Of a DNA stretch of 64,000 nt, positions 37,677 to 49,349 are shown piece after piece; position 1 is the first letter of the stretch, and every line of letters begins with the position of its first letter. Under the pieces are notes generated by a model that saw only the letters and a list, made by a program, of their open reading frames with translations, had not been told where the DNA came from and ran no database searches. Made by a program: the position numbers and the translations under genes. Source of the stretch: Macrostomum lignano (lineage: Eukaryota). The stretch covers positions 1 through 64,000 of the forward strand of contig NIVC01004004.1 of NCBI GenBank assembly GCA_002269645.1. The letters run 5' to 3'.

Positions 37677-40041
37677 CCTTATGATTACCAGTGGCATGCT
37701 GTGCATGCCATCGTTCATTCTGTCAATTGACCATAGACAGATTTGAAGTCGATGGGAAAGCGAGTTTAGACAGAATCATTGTCTGACTCAACCAAATGGA
37801 ATGCTATGCATGCCAAGGCCAAAAAACTGTTTGTATTGTCATACTGCGTCGGAGTGTCACAAAACAAATAGAAAACGACATACATTGCATGCACAAAGGT
37901 AAATCTTAAGAACATAAGGGCAAATGAAGCTGCATGCAAGTGAATGAAAATAATTTTAGCAACAGTTCGAATAAAGTTTCAGCAAAGCGCCAGTAATCAG
38001 TTAGCCGAGTGCCACTCAAAGAAGCACGGCTCCAGGCAAAGCCCAGGCTGACCGTCACAGCCTTGGCAGAAGTAGACGGTCCGCTTTTTCAGTCTGCGCT
38101 GGTAACAAACTCGGCAACGCTTGGTAGGCCGTTCTTGTGCTGCGGTAGCGGGTAGCTTTTCCAGCCGGTGATGAATGTCGCCTGGCTGACGGGGAAGAGC
38201 TTGACGCTTAAATCTCGATCGACCATTTCCGCTGCTTTCAATCAAGTGCTTTACACACCTTTCAGTGTAGCTGAGAAAGCTCATGGATCCACCTAGATGT
38301 CGGTACACAATCCAGGAGTTGCGAACCAGCTGCTGTAGCAGAAACACCGCCAACTTTACGAACCATTTGTGCGTTCGGCGGCATGCGCTGTAAGGCTGGG
38401 CTGCGGCATCCATCCGATCCACACCTCCCATGTTCTGATTATATTGCAAAACCGAGTTGGGCTTCAGCAGCTGCTGCTCCACACCACCGCGCAGTACCCG
38501 GCTAACCAAAGAGCTAGCAGCCGTTGAAGCGGAGTCCAACAGATAGACAGTCTTTGTTCCTGAGCTTCGCCTGTCAACCAGCTTCACAGCAAGGATGTCA
38601 CCATGTCGGGCAAAGGAATGACTCGGTGGTTGCAAGAGCATATCTCGCAGAATCGGTGGAACGCCTCGGTCTTTGCGAACGGTCCCAGTTAAGGTTGTTC
38701 CTCTGGTCAGAAGGAACTTGGCCAGTCGCACCGATGAAAACCAACTGTCGCAAAAGACCCGATATCCAAGGTCCAGAATGTCGCGACAAAGTTCTACGAC
38801 GACTCTCTCACTGATTGAGAGCTGCGGCACATCGTTGCCGAACTGTTCATTCGCAATGGTGGTTGAATGTATCAGATAGTTCCACATGTAGCCTGTAGAA
38901 GACTCTGCAAGGCAGTACAATTTGATGCCAAACTTGGCTCTCTTGTTGGGCATGTACTGCTTAAAAATCAGCCTCCCTTTATAGAGCAGCAGCGCTTCAT
39001 CAACGGCAATGCTTTGACCGGGCAGGTAGCTGTTCTTGCAAACTGTCTGGACCATGTCTAGGAACGGCCTGATCTTGCACAAGGGATCACCAGCGTCGAA
39101 GTCAAGACAGTCATAGCAACGCAGCCATGACATGATTTGTTGAAACCGCGAGCGAGGAAGCATCTTCATGCTTTGAAAGTAGGGATGAAAGTAGAACGGG
39201 TCCGTAGACCAGTAAGCCGTCACCTCCGGTTTCTGTACAACTCCGGTATATAATATAACGCCGATCACCTTCTTCATCTCAGAAACAGTGCAGGGCTTCC
39301 ACGTTCTGAGCCCGTAAGGCAGTTCATCATCTCCGTGTTCTTCTTGAAACTTGGCAATATCCAGCTGCGCTCTCTTGTTTGTCCACATGCACATCTGAAG
39401 CAGCAACTCATCGGGTAAAAATTGCTCGAAAATGGCTGTCCAGCCGTCATCAACATCAGCAGGTACGGAGAATCCCGGATTGACTCCGCTTGCCCCGAGG
39501 AACTCGGGAAGAGAATTAGCTCGAGCATCAGTCTCTGGAGTTACTGATCTCCAATCATCGTGCATCATTCCCTGATCGTCTTCCTCCGGTCCATCGTTGC
39601 CTTCTTGATTTTCGTCACCGTCCTCTCCCTCGCTCTCGGCAGTGAAAAATGAGTCATCGCTCGACTCATCGCTCGATTCGCTGTCGAGGCCCAAGTTTCG
39701 CAAGGCTTGCTTGGCTGCTTGCCGTCGCTGTCTGACCGCTTGCATTGTAAGATTTGGTAAGTTGGGGTGGTGAGCTAAGGAGGCACCAGTAAAAATTCTT
39801 GCAGTTAACTTTTCATGCCTGTATTCCCTCCCTCTTGCCTTTTTTCTAGGTTGGCCATAGACTATTCTCCAGTCAAAGATGTCACTTCTCCTGTTGAGAA
39901 AGTGTTTTCTTGCCTGTCCATAATAAAGCAACTGTTTTGAAATTCGAAGTGTACAGCGCAGATCTAAATTGTCTATGGCATGCAGTGCTTGCCATTTGGT
40001 AAGATAGAGATGTGGGGAAGGAATTCTGTCGTAGACAAGTG
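37677..40041 (-). mobile_element. piggyBac DNA transposon nested in the LINE, in opposite orientation
   Basis: Left junction TTAA|CCTT at 37673-37676. The LINE frame TKDP...EVLQHML is split exactly here. The right junction is degenerate (GTAA at 40042-40045). Subterminal inverted repeat TACCAGTGGCATGCTGTGCATGCCAT (~37686) versus ~39975-40001. Confidence 0.9.
37997..39745 (-). CDS. piggyBac transposase (PGBD4-like), intact DDD triad and Cys-rich C-terminal domain
   Basis: Motifs IAVDEALL, VFCDSWFSS and GGVDRMD; C-terminal CRVC...C..C....LC..PCF..WH. Likely start MQAVRQ at 39745, ahead of the acidic N-terminus. Confidence 0.93.
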   Translation of the reverse strand: MQAVRQRRQAAKQALRNLGLDSESSDESSDDSFFTAESEGEDGDENQEGNDGPEEDDQGMMHDDWRSVTPETDARANSLPEFLGASGVNPGFSVPADVDDGWTAIFEQFLPDELLLQMCMWTNKRAQLDIAKFQEEHGDDELPYGLRTWKPCTVSEMKKVIGVILYTGVVQKPEVTAYWSTDPFYFHPYFQSMKMLPRSRFQQIMSWLRCYDCLDFDAGDPLCKIRPFLDMVQTVCKNSYLPGQSIAVDEALLLYKGRLIFKQYMPNKRAKFGIKLYCLAESSTGYMWNYLIHSTTIANEQFGNDVPQLSISERVVVELCRDILDLGYRVFCDSWFSSVRLAKFLLTRGTTLTGTVRKDRGVPPILRDMLLQPPSHSFARHGDILAVKLVDRRSSGTKTVYLLDSASTAASSLVSRVLRGGVEQQLLKPNSVLQYNQNMGGVDRMDAAAQPYSACRRTHKWFVKLAVFLLQQLVRNSWIVYRHLGGSMSFLSYTERCVKHLIESSGNGRSRFKRQALPRQPGDIHHRLEKLPATAAQERPTKRCRVCYQRRLKKRTVYFCQGCDGQPGLCLEPCFFEWHSAN

Positions 40042-40048
40042 GTAAGAA

Positions 40049-42467
40049 GTGCTTCAGCATATGCTCAGCACATTCTTCCCGAGGGTACCCACTGCTAGAT
40101 CGGAACCCAACCATTCGATGGATGGAGCCACCCTAGCGGCGGGCATTATCACTGAAGACTTAATCGCTAGTGCGGTCAGAACCTTCAAGCCCTTCAAATC
40201 TCCTGGACCTGATGGTATCTACCCTGTTCTTCTTCGTGAAGCAGCCAAGATACCCTCGTTCTTGAGACTCACCCGCAATCTCATGCAGGCCTCTATCCAA
40301 CTGGGATACGTTCTCAAGTGCTGGACCAAAGCTCGGGTAGTCTTCATTCCCAAACCTGGGAAGGTGACTACCAGAGCGTCAAGGCATTTAGGCCAATTAG
40401 CTTAACGTCAGCAATGCTTAAGCTCACTGAGAGGCTTATTCTCTGGCGGCTGCTTTCTTGCGAGCTGACAGCAATGCCCCTCAGCAATCATCAGCACGCC
40501 TTCCGTACCGGGAGGTCGACTGACAGTGCCCTGCATGCGATAGTCTAGAAGATTGAACGGGCGGACTGGGTGACGTTTACGCCCTGGCTCTTTTTCTCGA
40601 CATTGTTGGCGCCTTCGACAACGTTATCTTTGAAGCGTTTCAGAGGGCCCTTCAAAACCGCAAAGCTCACGCTACCCTCATACGGTGGATCATGTACATG
40701 ATCTCTAACCGTACGGTCACTGCCCAACTTCTAGGGCAAACTGCCTCCGCCAGAGTCTGTAAGGGTGGACCCCAAGGCGGAGTCCTCACCCCGACGCTCT
40801 GGAACCTGGTCATGGACGCTCTCCTGGGCGACCCTCGACCTGATCCCGTCTTCAAAGTCGGGTATGCTGACGACGTCACTGCCATTGTGGCTGGGCCGTC
40901 CCCCAGCACGCTCAGGGATCTGATGCAGAGCTTTATCCGCAAAGCAGAATCTTGGGCCAATGACAACGGTCTGGAACTCTCTGAGCCCAAAACTGTTGCC
41001 ATTACGTTCACCAGCAGAATACGCTGGAACATACGACCTCTGCAGTTATACGGCAGAGATATTGCCTTCGCGCACCAGACCAGATGTCTCGGGGTCATAC
41101 TTGACCACCGGCTCAACTGGTCCTTCCACGTGAAAGCAAAAGCCAAGCGTGCCTCAGCCATCCTGGCCCAGCTCCGACGAGCACTTGGCACTTCTTGGGG
41201 TCTATCCCCAAAGCGGCTTTGGTGGATCTACACTTCCGTAGTAAGACCTGCCATTACGTACGCCTCGGTTGTCTGGGTTAGCGCTACCCAGGTCAATAGC
41301 CATGCAGATTTGCTCAACACGATCCAAGGCAGAGCGTGTAGGCTTATCTGCAACGCCACCAGGTCCACGCCCTTTGCCGGCATGGGGCCTTCCTTAATCT
41401 ACCGCCTCTCGACCTCTTCGTCAGGGGTGAGGCGGCTAGAACGACGCGGTGTTTACTTGATGCCGGTGTCAAATTCCTTTACATGAGGGCACCTGCTAAG
41501 CGGAACCTCGTCCCGCATAGCGACCTGTGCCTCAACATTCTCAACGAGTGTCAGGCCAATCGCGTCTTCACCGATGGCATTGTCTCAACGCTCAACCTGA
41601 GACAACGCTACTCCGTAGCTATCGACTCGCGCGATACCATCAATGACCACTGAAACCCTGGTGAGCTTCACTGCTACACCGACGGTTCTAAGCAGTCAGC
41701 CAACACCGGTTTTGGTGTTGGAATCTTCCTGAACTGGAGGGTCCATTTTCCATTCGGACAGCCAAGCTGCCTTGCACGCCATCAGTGGCTGTAGTACCAA
41801 TTCTGCTACAGTCATCGACTGTATCAAACTCCTCAACATGTTGGGCTCCACCAACAAAATCACCCGTAAGTGGGTTCCGGAGCATGTGGGGATCCGAGGG
41901 AATGAGTTGGCTGACGCCCTTGCAAAATTTGGCGCCTCCGGCTCCTCTCTCGGTCCCGAACCCCTTGTCCCGATTCCTGGCTATGTCATCGACTCGCGCA
42001 TCAAAGCGTGGATCAGGACCCAGCACCGCTCGACTTGGGCGAACTGCACTACCTGCAGGCAATCCAGAGGCGCTGTCCCTCAGCCCTCTCACCAGCTCCG
42101 GAAGCTCCTCTTGCGCCTCTCGCGCAGAGACATCCGGGCTGCCACCATGACCCTCTCAGGTCACGGCTGCTTCTCTAGGCACCAGTACCTGCAGGACTAC
42201 GCCACCAACGCCATCTGCAGTTTCTGTAACTCAGGTGACGAAACCGCTGAACATTTCGTCAGCATCTGTCCCGCCTTTACGCGAGCCAGACTCACTTACC
42301 TCGGGCCACACACATATATTACTGAAGCGTGCAAACCCGAAAACTTTAATCAGCTCATGCGCTACCTCCGGGCCACCCACAGGGCTGAACTCTCCTTTCC
42401 AGAGAACACTATAGCTGCTGGCGACACTGGGGGACCTCCCTGGGCGGCGCCAACCCTTCGTCCATAG
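40049..42467 (+). pseudogene. LINE ORF2 remainder (RT, RNase H, Zn knuckle), multiple frameshifts and stops
   Basis: Fragments 40049-40405, 40692-41486 and 41772-42467 carry consecutive RT, RNase H and CCHC-like motifs in different frames. Confidence 0.9.
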
Positions 42468-42821
42468 CTCGTAGCGACGCGTCGGCCGTTCAGGGATTAG
42501 CGGAATGGGCGCTCGCGCCTTCCCGCTGTGTCCCCCCGGGACAGCCCTGCAGCTAGCCTAACCTAACCTAATGCTGAGTTTGTCCTTGGCCAGTGAGAAA
42601 GTTCTCAGGTAGCTCAGAGGTAGCATCAGAGTTCATATGTGACTACAAAGGTCAACTAGAACATAATTGTTAACATTAGGCCGCGCCAGCCTAACTGGCA
42701 GGTGTGCAACCAACAGCTCAGCTGCAGCTATCGCGGGGGGCTTCATATTACCGGAATTTCACAACGCCGAAAATTATGCATGGTCCTGGTTATATAAGTT
42801 TTCTACGATGTGAAATTTTGG

Positions 42822-43077
42822 CCTTCTGAAGATTCGGTGTTATGAAGGACCATGCAGTAGTTTTCGGCCTTGTGAAGATTCGGTGTTATGAAGGACCATG
42901 CAGTAATTTTTGACCTTGTGAAGATTCGGTGTTATGAAGGACCATGCAGTAATTTTCGACCTTGTGAAGATTCGGTGTTATGAAGGACCATGCAGTAGTT
43001 TTCGACCTTGTGAAGATTCGGTGTTATGAAGGACCATGCAGTAGTTTTCGGCCTTGTGAAGATTCGGTGTTATGAAA
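42822..43077. repeat. 46-bp tandem repeat, ~5.5 copies
   Basis: Unit starts at 42822, 42868, 42914, 42960, 43006 and 43052. Confidence 0.95.
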
Positions 43078-43079
43078 GC

Positions 43080-43316
43080 GACGCCTTATTTACTGCGAGG
43101 CGCATCTGAAGGCTGCGTACGGCTGTTCAGTCCAAGGACTGGGGGGGGGGTCGTCACACACACCGTCAATTATCTCAGCTAATGCTGGTACCCATTTACA
43201 GCTGGGTGAACTGAAGCAATGCAGAGTTAAGCGTCTTGCTCAAGGACGCAAATTGTTCCGATTGTGTCAAGAATCGAACCCCGACCTTTCAGTCGTGAGT
43301 CCGACGCTGTAACCGA
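43080..43316 (-). mobile_element. tRNA-derived CORE-SINE
   Basis: The minus strand shows a tRNA-like head with B-box GGTTCGATTC, followed by CCTTGAGCAAGACGCTTAACTC...CAGCTGTAAATGGG, which resembles the MIR/CORE central domain. Confidence 0.72.
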
Positions 43317-43957
43317 AGCTGGAATTATAAAAAGCTCCAAAACTACAAGATAAAGCAGGTTTGGAAGCTTGCTTGCTTCTTCAGTGTCAGAATCAAGCGA
43401 ATGCGTCCTGGATGACCTCGCGTCACCTCTTGGTTACAGAACGCGATTCGGGTTGATTAGAAATTCAGAAGAGCAGGAAGAAAACTCGGTGCGTTCACTT
43501 TTCCATGTTAAGTTGTAATGTGCATTGCTAACTATGACATATTGCCCTAAGTATTTGGAGCTCCGACAATCCTGGCTGAGTTGATCTGAACGCGTGTGAG
43601 AGGAAAAGACACACACGCACACACACCGAGAGAGAGAGAGAGAGAGAGAGACAGAGGCGGGACCCGAAAGCAGCTGGTGTCAATAACGATCACTGAATTT
43701 ATGACAGCCAACCCATTACTGTGCGCGAGACGTGCGGAAGGTTGCGCCAGCTCTGATCCGACCCAACCCCCATGTAGCCCCCCCCGAACCAATGCAGAGT
43801 AATTATAAAGCAGCTTAGCAAACATGCAGGTCTCTGCAACAATCTGCTGCAGAATAAGGTGCTTGTTTACTTGCTGGAAAGGACACTCAGACAGTCTGCT
43901 GTCGAAGCGATTCGTTGCGTAAATCTCTCCTTTGTCCAGGTGAACCCGTTCATTACA

Positions 43958-45810
43958 ATGGCCGACCAGTTGCACTCCGATTCCGATTCAACAGGTGAGC
44001 TAAGTAGGCATTTAAAAATAGGATTCATTTCTCTATTTCTATAATTTAGGCAACCGTTTCCAGGAAAATGTTACCTTGGAAGAGTAAAATTATATCGGGG
44101 AAAGATGAGCTCGATAGAGGATGCACTCGAGGCAGATAAACGCATGCCCCTCGCGTTACATGCGTTCGATTAAGGTTGCCAGAGGACAGGTAGACAAGCA
44201 GGTAGGTCGGGGGAGGCACACAGGTAGGCAGGTGACTGTTAGCTACTATGCAGAAGTTAGTACACAGGGTGTGTTCCATTATCTCTATGCACATTGACTG
44301 CTCCGGTTTCTACCAAAAACCTGTTTTATTTTATTACTAATTTCCATTATTGCTCCACCAGCCCAGAACGGCAACGCCAAGAAGCAGCAGGACGCCACAT
44401 CGATAGTGGAGAGGCGCCAACGAGATCATCTGCTCGGGGAGATGTCGAGTGCCTACAAGAGCGTCATCAGCATGGTTGGAGAGAACCCGGAGCGGCAGGG
44501 ACTGAAGAAGACTCCGGAGCGAGCGGCCAAGGCAATGCTGTTCTTCACTAAAGGTGAGAGGCTGCGATTCAAAATGCGCATATCTAGTTGGGACACGTAG
44601 AGGTCACAATTGGACCACTAGAAGTTACCGTTGTACATGGTATTAGCCCGAAATCATATTTTTAACAGAATTGAAATATTCTGCTCTTCAGGCTACGACG
44701 AGACAATCGACGACGTTCTTAACGAAGCTATCTTCGACGAGGACCACGACGAAATGGTAGTAGTGAAGGACATCGAGATGTTCTCAATCTGCGAGCACCA
44801 CATGGTGCCGTTCATTGGCAAAGTCTCCATTGGCTACTTGCCGAATAAGCGGGTTCTGGGGATCAGCAAGCTCGCCAGGATTGTGGAGATCTACAGCCGG
44901 AGAATGCAGGTGCGCATCTGTGGACTTTTTGTAGGTGTGGTAGCTATAGGCACCGCTGGGATCGGGACTGATATGGGATCGGGACTGATATGTGATCGGG
45001 ACTGATATGGGATCGGGACTGATATGGGATCGGGACTGATATGGGATCGGGACTGATATGGGATCGGGACTGATATGGGATCGGGACTGATATGGGATCG
45101 GGACTGATATGGGATCGGGACTGATATGGGATCGGGACTGATATGGGATCGGGACTGATATGGGATCGGGACTGATATGGGATCGGGACTGATATGGGAT
45201 CGGGACTGATATGGGATCGGGACTGATATGGGATCGGGACTGATATGGGATCGGGACTGATATGGGATCGGGACTGATATGGGATCGGGACTGATATGGG
45301 ATCGGGACTGATATGGGATCGGGACTGATATGGGATCGGGACTGATATGGGATCGGGACTGATATGGGATCGGGACTGATATGGGATCGGGACTGATATG
45401 GGATCGGGACTGATATGGGATCGGGACTGATATGGGATCGGGACTGATATGGGATCGGGACTGATATGGGATCGGGACTGATATGGGATCGGGACTGATA
45501 TGGGATCGGGACTGATATGGGATCGGGACTGATGGCAGGGACTGATGGCATTGTGAAGCCAATCAAGCCGATCCCAAACTACAATGTAATGCAACAGGTC
45601 CAGGAGCGCCTGACAAAGCAAATAGCGATGGCCATCACGAAGGCTGTGCAGCCAAACGGGGTTGGAGTGGTGGTGGAGGCCACGCACATGTGCATGGTGA
45701 TGCGAGGAGTGCAGAAGATCAACGCCGTCACCGTCACTTCCACCATGCTGGGCTGCCTTCGCGACGATCCAAAGAGTCGAGAAGAATTTCTCAGCCTGAT
45801 TAAGAAATAA
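43958..45810 (+). CDS. GCH1: GTP cyclohydrolase I; exons 43958-43994, 44362-44553, 44692-44909 and 45598-45810
   Basis: Motifs [48 protein letters not shown]|VQERLT and HMCMVMRGV. All GT-AG junctions are phase-compatible. The first short exon is less certain. Confidence 0.96.
44957..45545. repeat. Near-perfect 17-bp minisatellite (GGGATCGGGACTGATAT) in GCH1 intron 3, ~34 copies
   Basis: Direct reading of the sequence. Confidence 0.98.
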
Positions 45811-47437
45811 ATTCAATCGCTAACTGTACTTAGTGTGTGAACTAAATATAGTGTGAACTATATTTGTTTTTCATTGCTGTGGAAAATATATTAACTGTTT
45901 ATGGTTTTGGATTCATCAAATTTTAATCGTATTCATGTACTCTGGTGCTCTTTTTGATGCGATGGATTAAACTACTTGACCCAAACTAAAAGGTTGCCTG
46001 AAAAATGTGTTGCAGACATCTTATTTATAAACTTTTTCTATGTTGTATATCTAATTATAAATGCATCAATCAATTATATCTGATACATATGCATCAGGTG
46101 GACGTAAGTTATATAGTTTGTACTCATCATTTGGCAAAGATTCCTTCAAAATTTAATGATAGATTTCCTCTCCTGCTATGTTCAAATTTCTAATTCATAT
46201 GCGGTTGTTTATTAAACCAGAAAATAGGAACAAAATATAACGAGAGATGATTCGTCTTATTATAGACATTTTTTGCTCAGAACAACTGATTAACAAGCAA
46301 ACCTCTCAGGCAAGTCTTGCAAATAACAGGGCTGAAATTAAAGAGAGTAAAATTATTCGAGCTTTTATACAATTTTACTTTTTCAGCACCAAGGCGGACA
46401 AACAGGTATTTCGAAATTTAAGCTTCGCGAAGTTGTGCAAAGAACATACGGTAAAATACGTGTACTGATTGAGTTTTTATGGAAACAACTGAAAAGTTAA
46501 AACAAAATTTCGAGAAACAATATAAAATAAATAAATTATCGCCATAAACTACGCTTTCTTGCTTTAATAATAACTTCAGTAACACTTTATAGCCTGGAAA
46601 ACTTTTAACACTTACAGATTTTAGCGTTTGTAGTAGTTTAACTTTGAATGTACTAACTAATTTTTAAATCAAGTTGATGAGAGGAAAAAAAACTTACCAT
46701 GCAAGGTCACTAAAATTTAAGTTGTAGAGAGCTTCATAATCTCACGAATAGTTATGCAGAGTTTAATTGCGCCATCGCTTTAAAATTAGCAGTAGTAAAC
46801 CAATAAATATTAAGGAATAATGATCTGCTGCGCAAAAATGAATACGAGCTCAACTTCAACGTCATCAGTTCAATCTAGTTCTATCGTCGAGGTCGACAAA
46901 AATTGTAAACTAAGTGTAAGTTAAATTAGATTTTTCAAATTAGAATAGTGAAAATAATGCTTGGTAAGCAGCAATGCTTTTTAATACAGTGATGTTATTA
47001 ACACTTAGAAAGACATTAAGAATAAGATGCGCAAATTTAAACATACGAGCGTAATTGACTTAAATTTTCTTTGTGTTGAATATTTCAAACTTCTCATTCA
47101 AGGATTACAGAAATAAGAATTTTATGTACCCATACAAACTATTTAATGATACTTCTTTATATAATCTATATAAAAAATCAGGACTTTCAGAAATACAGTT
47201 AATTGAAAATCAAGCAGACATAATACAAATAATAAAGTGATTTTAAATGTGTTTCTAATAATTTTATTAGCTTTAATTTGTCTTTTCGAAATCACAAGCA
47301 ATTAGTGCCAAATAAAAAGCTCACTAAATTAAAAAAGATTGAAATCCCTATTTAAATATTGTTTAAGTACAGTACAAAAATTTCTGAAAGCATCTGTCTA
47401 TTCAATCTGATGCAACACTGGTGCCCAAACTCGACAG

Positions 47438-48635
47438 GCATCGATCGCTGCGTACAAGAAAGCTGTGGAAGCAGAGACGGAGCAGAAATTTGTCGCGGCT
47501 TTTTGGCTCTATCGCCAAGCAGCCCAACAGATGTCAGAAGCGCTGGCAGAACGTCCAGAACTGAAGCATTTTGTCACCGATGGCGGTTCAGCGGCTGCTG
47601 AACTGCTGAGGATCAGCACCAGTAGGGCTTTGGAGCTGCACCGTGAACTCAAAATTGAAGGTTATTTTTTGCCTTTATGCATCCGCTTTATTGTTCAAAA
47701 CACGTCACAGGGCGTGCGTCATGAGCCATCCTAAAGAAGAAAGATCGTGCATAACTGCAGTAGATCGAAGGACCCCACACACTCGGTTTTCTTAGAAATG
47801 AGCTGGAGGCCGGTAAGGATATAGCAAGCTCCGGAGAACGCATAGCTCTGAATGGGATTCTACCATAGACAGAATCGATCGATAAAACGATAAATACCGA
47901 TTTCTCCAGAGCATATGCTAGAAGATCGAATAATAGCGTCCTTTGTACTCCAGTTGTTCATGGGGCAGATAGCTGTGGATATTTCAGTGGATCATCGAAG
48001 TAGTAAAGTTCAGCCAAGCCAAGGTTCAGACCGCCACTATTTTCCTTTTTGTAGTACCAGCGTCTCCCGAAGTGCTGGCTGCTCGAGCTGCTGTCGAGCG
48101 TCTTCTTTTGCAAAGTTTCACGCCCCTGCCACCATCGCCAACGCTACAACTCACGGATTTTTCGACGCAGGCCTCAGCAACCAGCAGTCGCCTTGCCGAC
48201 ACAGCTGGTTGGGTCTCCGCACTGATTGTCGGGCCAACGGCCGCCACCGATCTGGTGATTGCCGCCGCGATGGCGGACTGTCCAGACGGTGTGGCTGAAA
48301 CAGCAGATATTTCGGCCGCGATTTCAATCGCCACAGTTGAGTCCGAGCGCTGCTCGAGAATGGGTCGACTTCTCATGTCCGAGCTGATGCAGAGACCGGG
48401 TCTTTTGTGCCTGCGCCAGCTGGACTGCCTGTTCAACAGCGACAGCGTCATCTCCTCCGAGCTGCGTACGGAGCTTCTGGTTCGAGTCCACGCCTTGCGG
48501 AGCGCCGCTGGCGCCAGCGGAAGGAGCAGCGGCGTCCGAGTTTCTCGGTCCCGAATTCTGGCCACCGCTGCCAGCGCCGACGCCATTCCGAGCAGCGCCA
48601 GGCGAAGACTGTTCGACCTTCAGCTGTCCTGCTGA
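47438..48635 (+). CDS. Putative MIT-like-domain protein; exons ~47438-47660 and 48055-48635, 5' end unresolved
   Basis: Helical MIT-like pattern AAYKKAVEAETEQKFVAAFWLYRQAAQQMSEAL. A phase-1 junction joins KIE-V-PASPEVL into the 48072..48635 frame, but the donor (GTTATT) is weak. Confidence 0.5.
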
Positions 48636-49349
48636 CAGATTCCCACTCACTGTCTTTCAAAAGTGCTTTCAATTCCTGTCTTTTTTCACGCATCTTATAT
48701 AACCATGTCATATGTAAATAGTACATGTTTACTCTGTCGGGTTTCAAGAAATTCTCAAAGAAATATACCGGGATTTCTGGCGAATCGCAATGTAGGCGAT
48801 GATGACTGCTTCAGTGGATGGCTGCTGTAACTAACTGCTGCATATAGCAGATCCTTATAAAACATAGAGCTTCGTTGCTCTGCTTTTGTTGACATAAAGC
48901 GACCGTTCTTTGGTACGAGCCTACATGTACATCTTACAGTCTGACAAGCAGCCATTTGACAAAACTCTCATTTACATTGTGTCCAGTGTACAGCCCAATT
49001 AGTTATAGCTATACATTGTACACTAGATCTGCAGGTACATGTTACTCGTATCTGCATCTACAATCGCATAAGCGAGCTAAGCAGAATCCTAAAAATACGA
49101 TCTTAAGTGCCCAGCTTAGCTCGCGAATTCATGATGCAATGATACGAGTAATTTCAAAGTTCAGATCAGCGTTGATAAGCAACCAGCCTCGTGCAACTGT
49201 GATGCATTCAGAAAAGAAGGAAGAAATTAAAATAGCTGTGTCATGATGTGTATCGCATCGTCTACATGCAGTTGTTTTTCACTCGTGAATAAGTTGTTTG
49301 TTCATTTGTCATTTCACCACAAATCCTCACGTTGAGACAAACTTCATCA

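Larger units (their letters stand above)
36086..42566 (+). mobile_element. Non-LTR retrotransposon with RNase H (I-group, LOA/R1-like), decayed; 12-bp TSD and (CCTAA)n tail
   Basis: TSD CCTAATGCTGAG at 36074-36085 and 42567-42578. Gag-like ORF1 at 36174-37505 with one frameshift near 37145. RT fragments KSPGPDGI, QGGVLTPTLWN and YADD (40049-41486); RNase H YTDGSK / WVPEHVGIRGNELAD; C-terminal CxxC...ExxxHxxxxC knuckle. Confidence 0.93.

Noticed and set aside
39746-40114. 705-aa N-terminally extended piggyBac transposase
   Set aside because: The extension runs through the element's terminal repeats into antisense LINE sequence. The acidic N-terminus typical of these transposases begins after the Met at 39745.
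42555-42571. (CCTAA)3 as telomeric sequence or evidence of a telomere-targeting element
   Set aside because: There are only three units, at an internal LINE 3' tail, and the flanks are not telomeric arrays.
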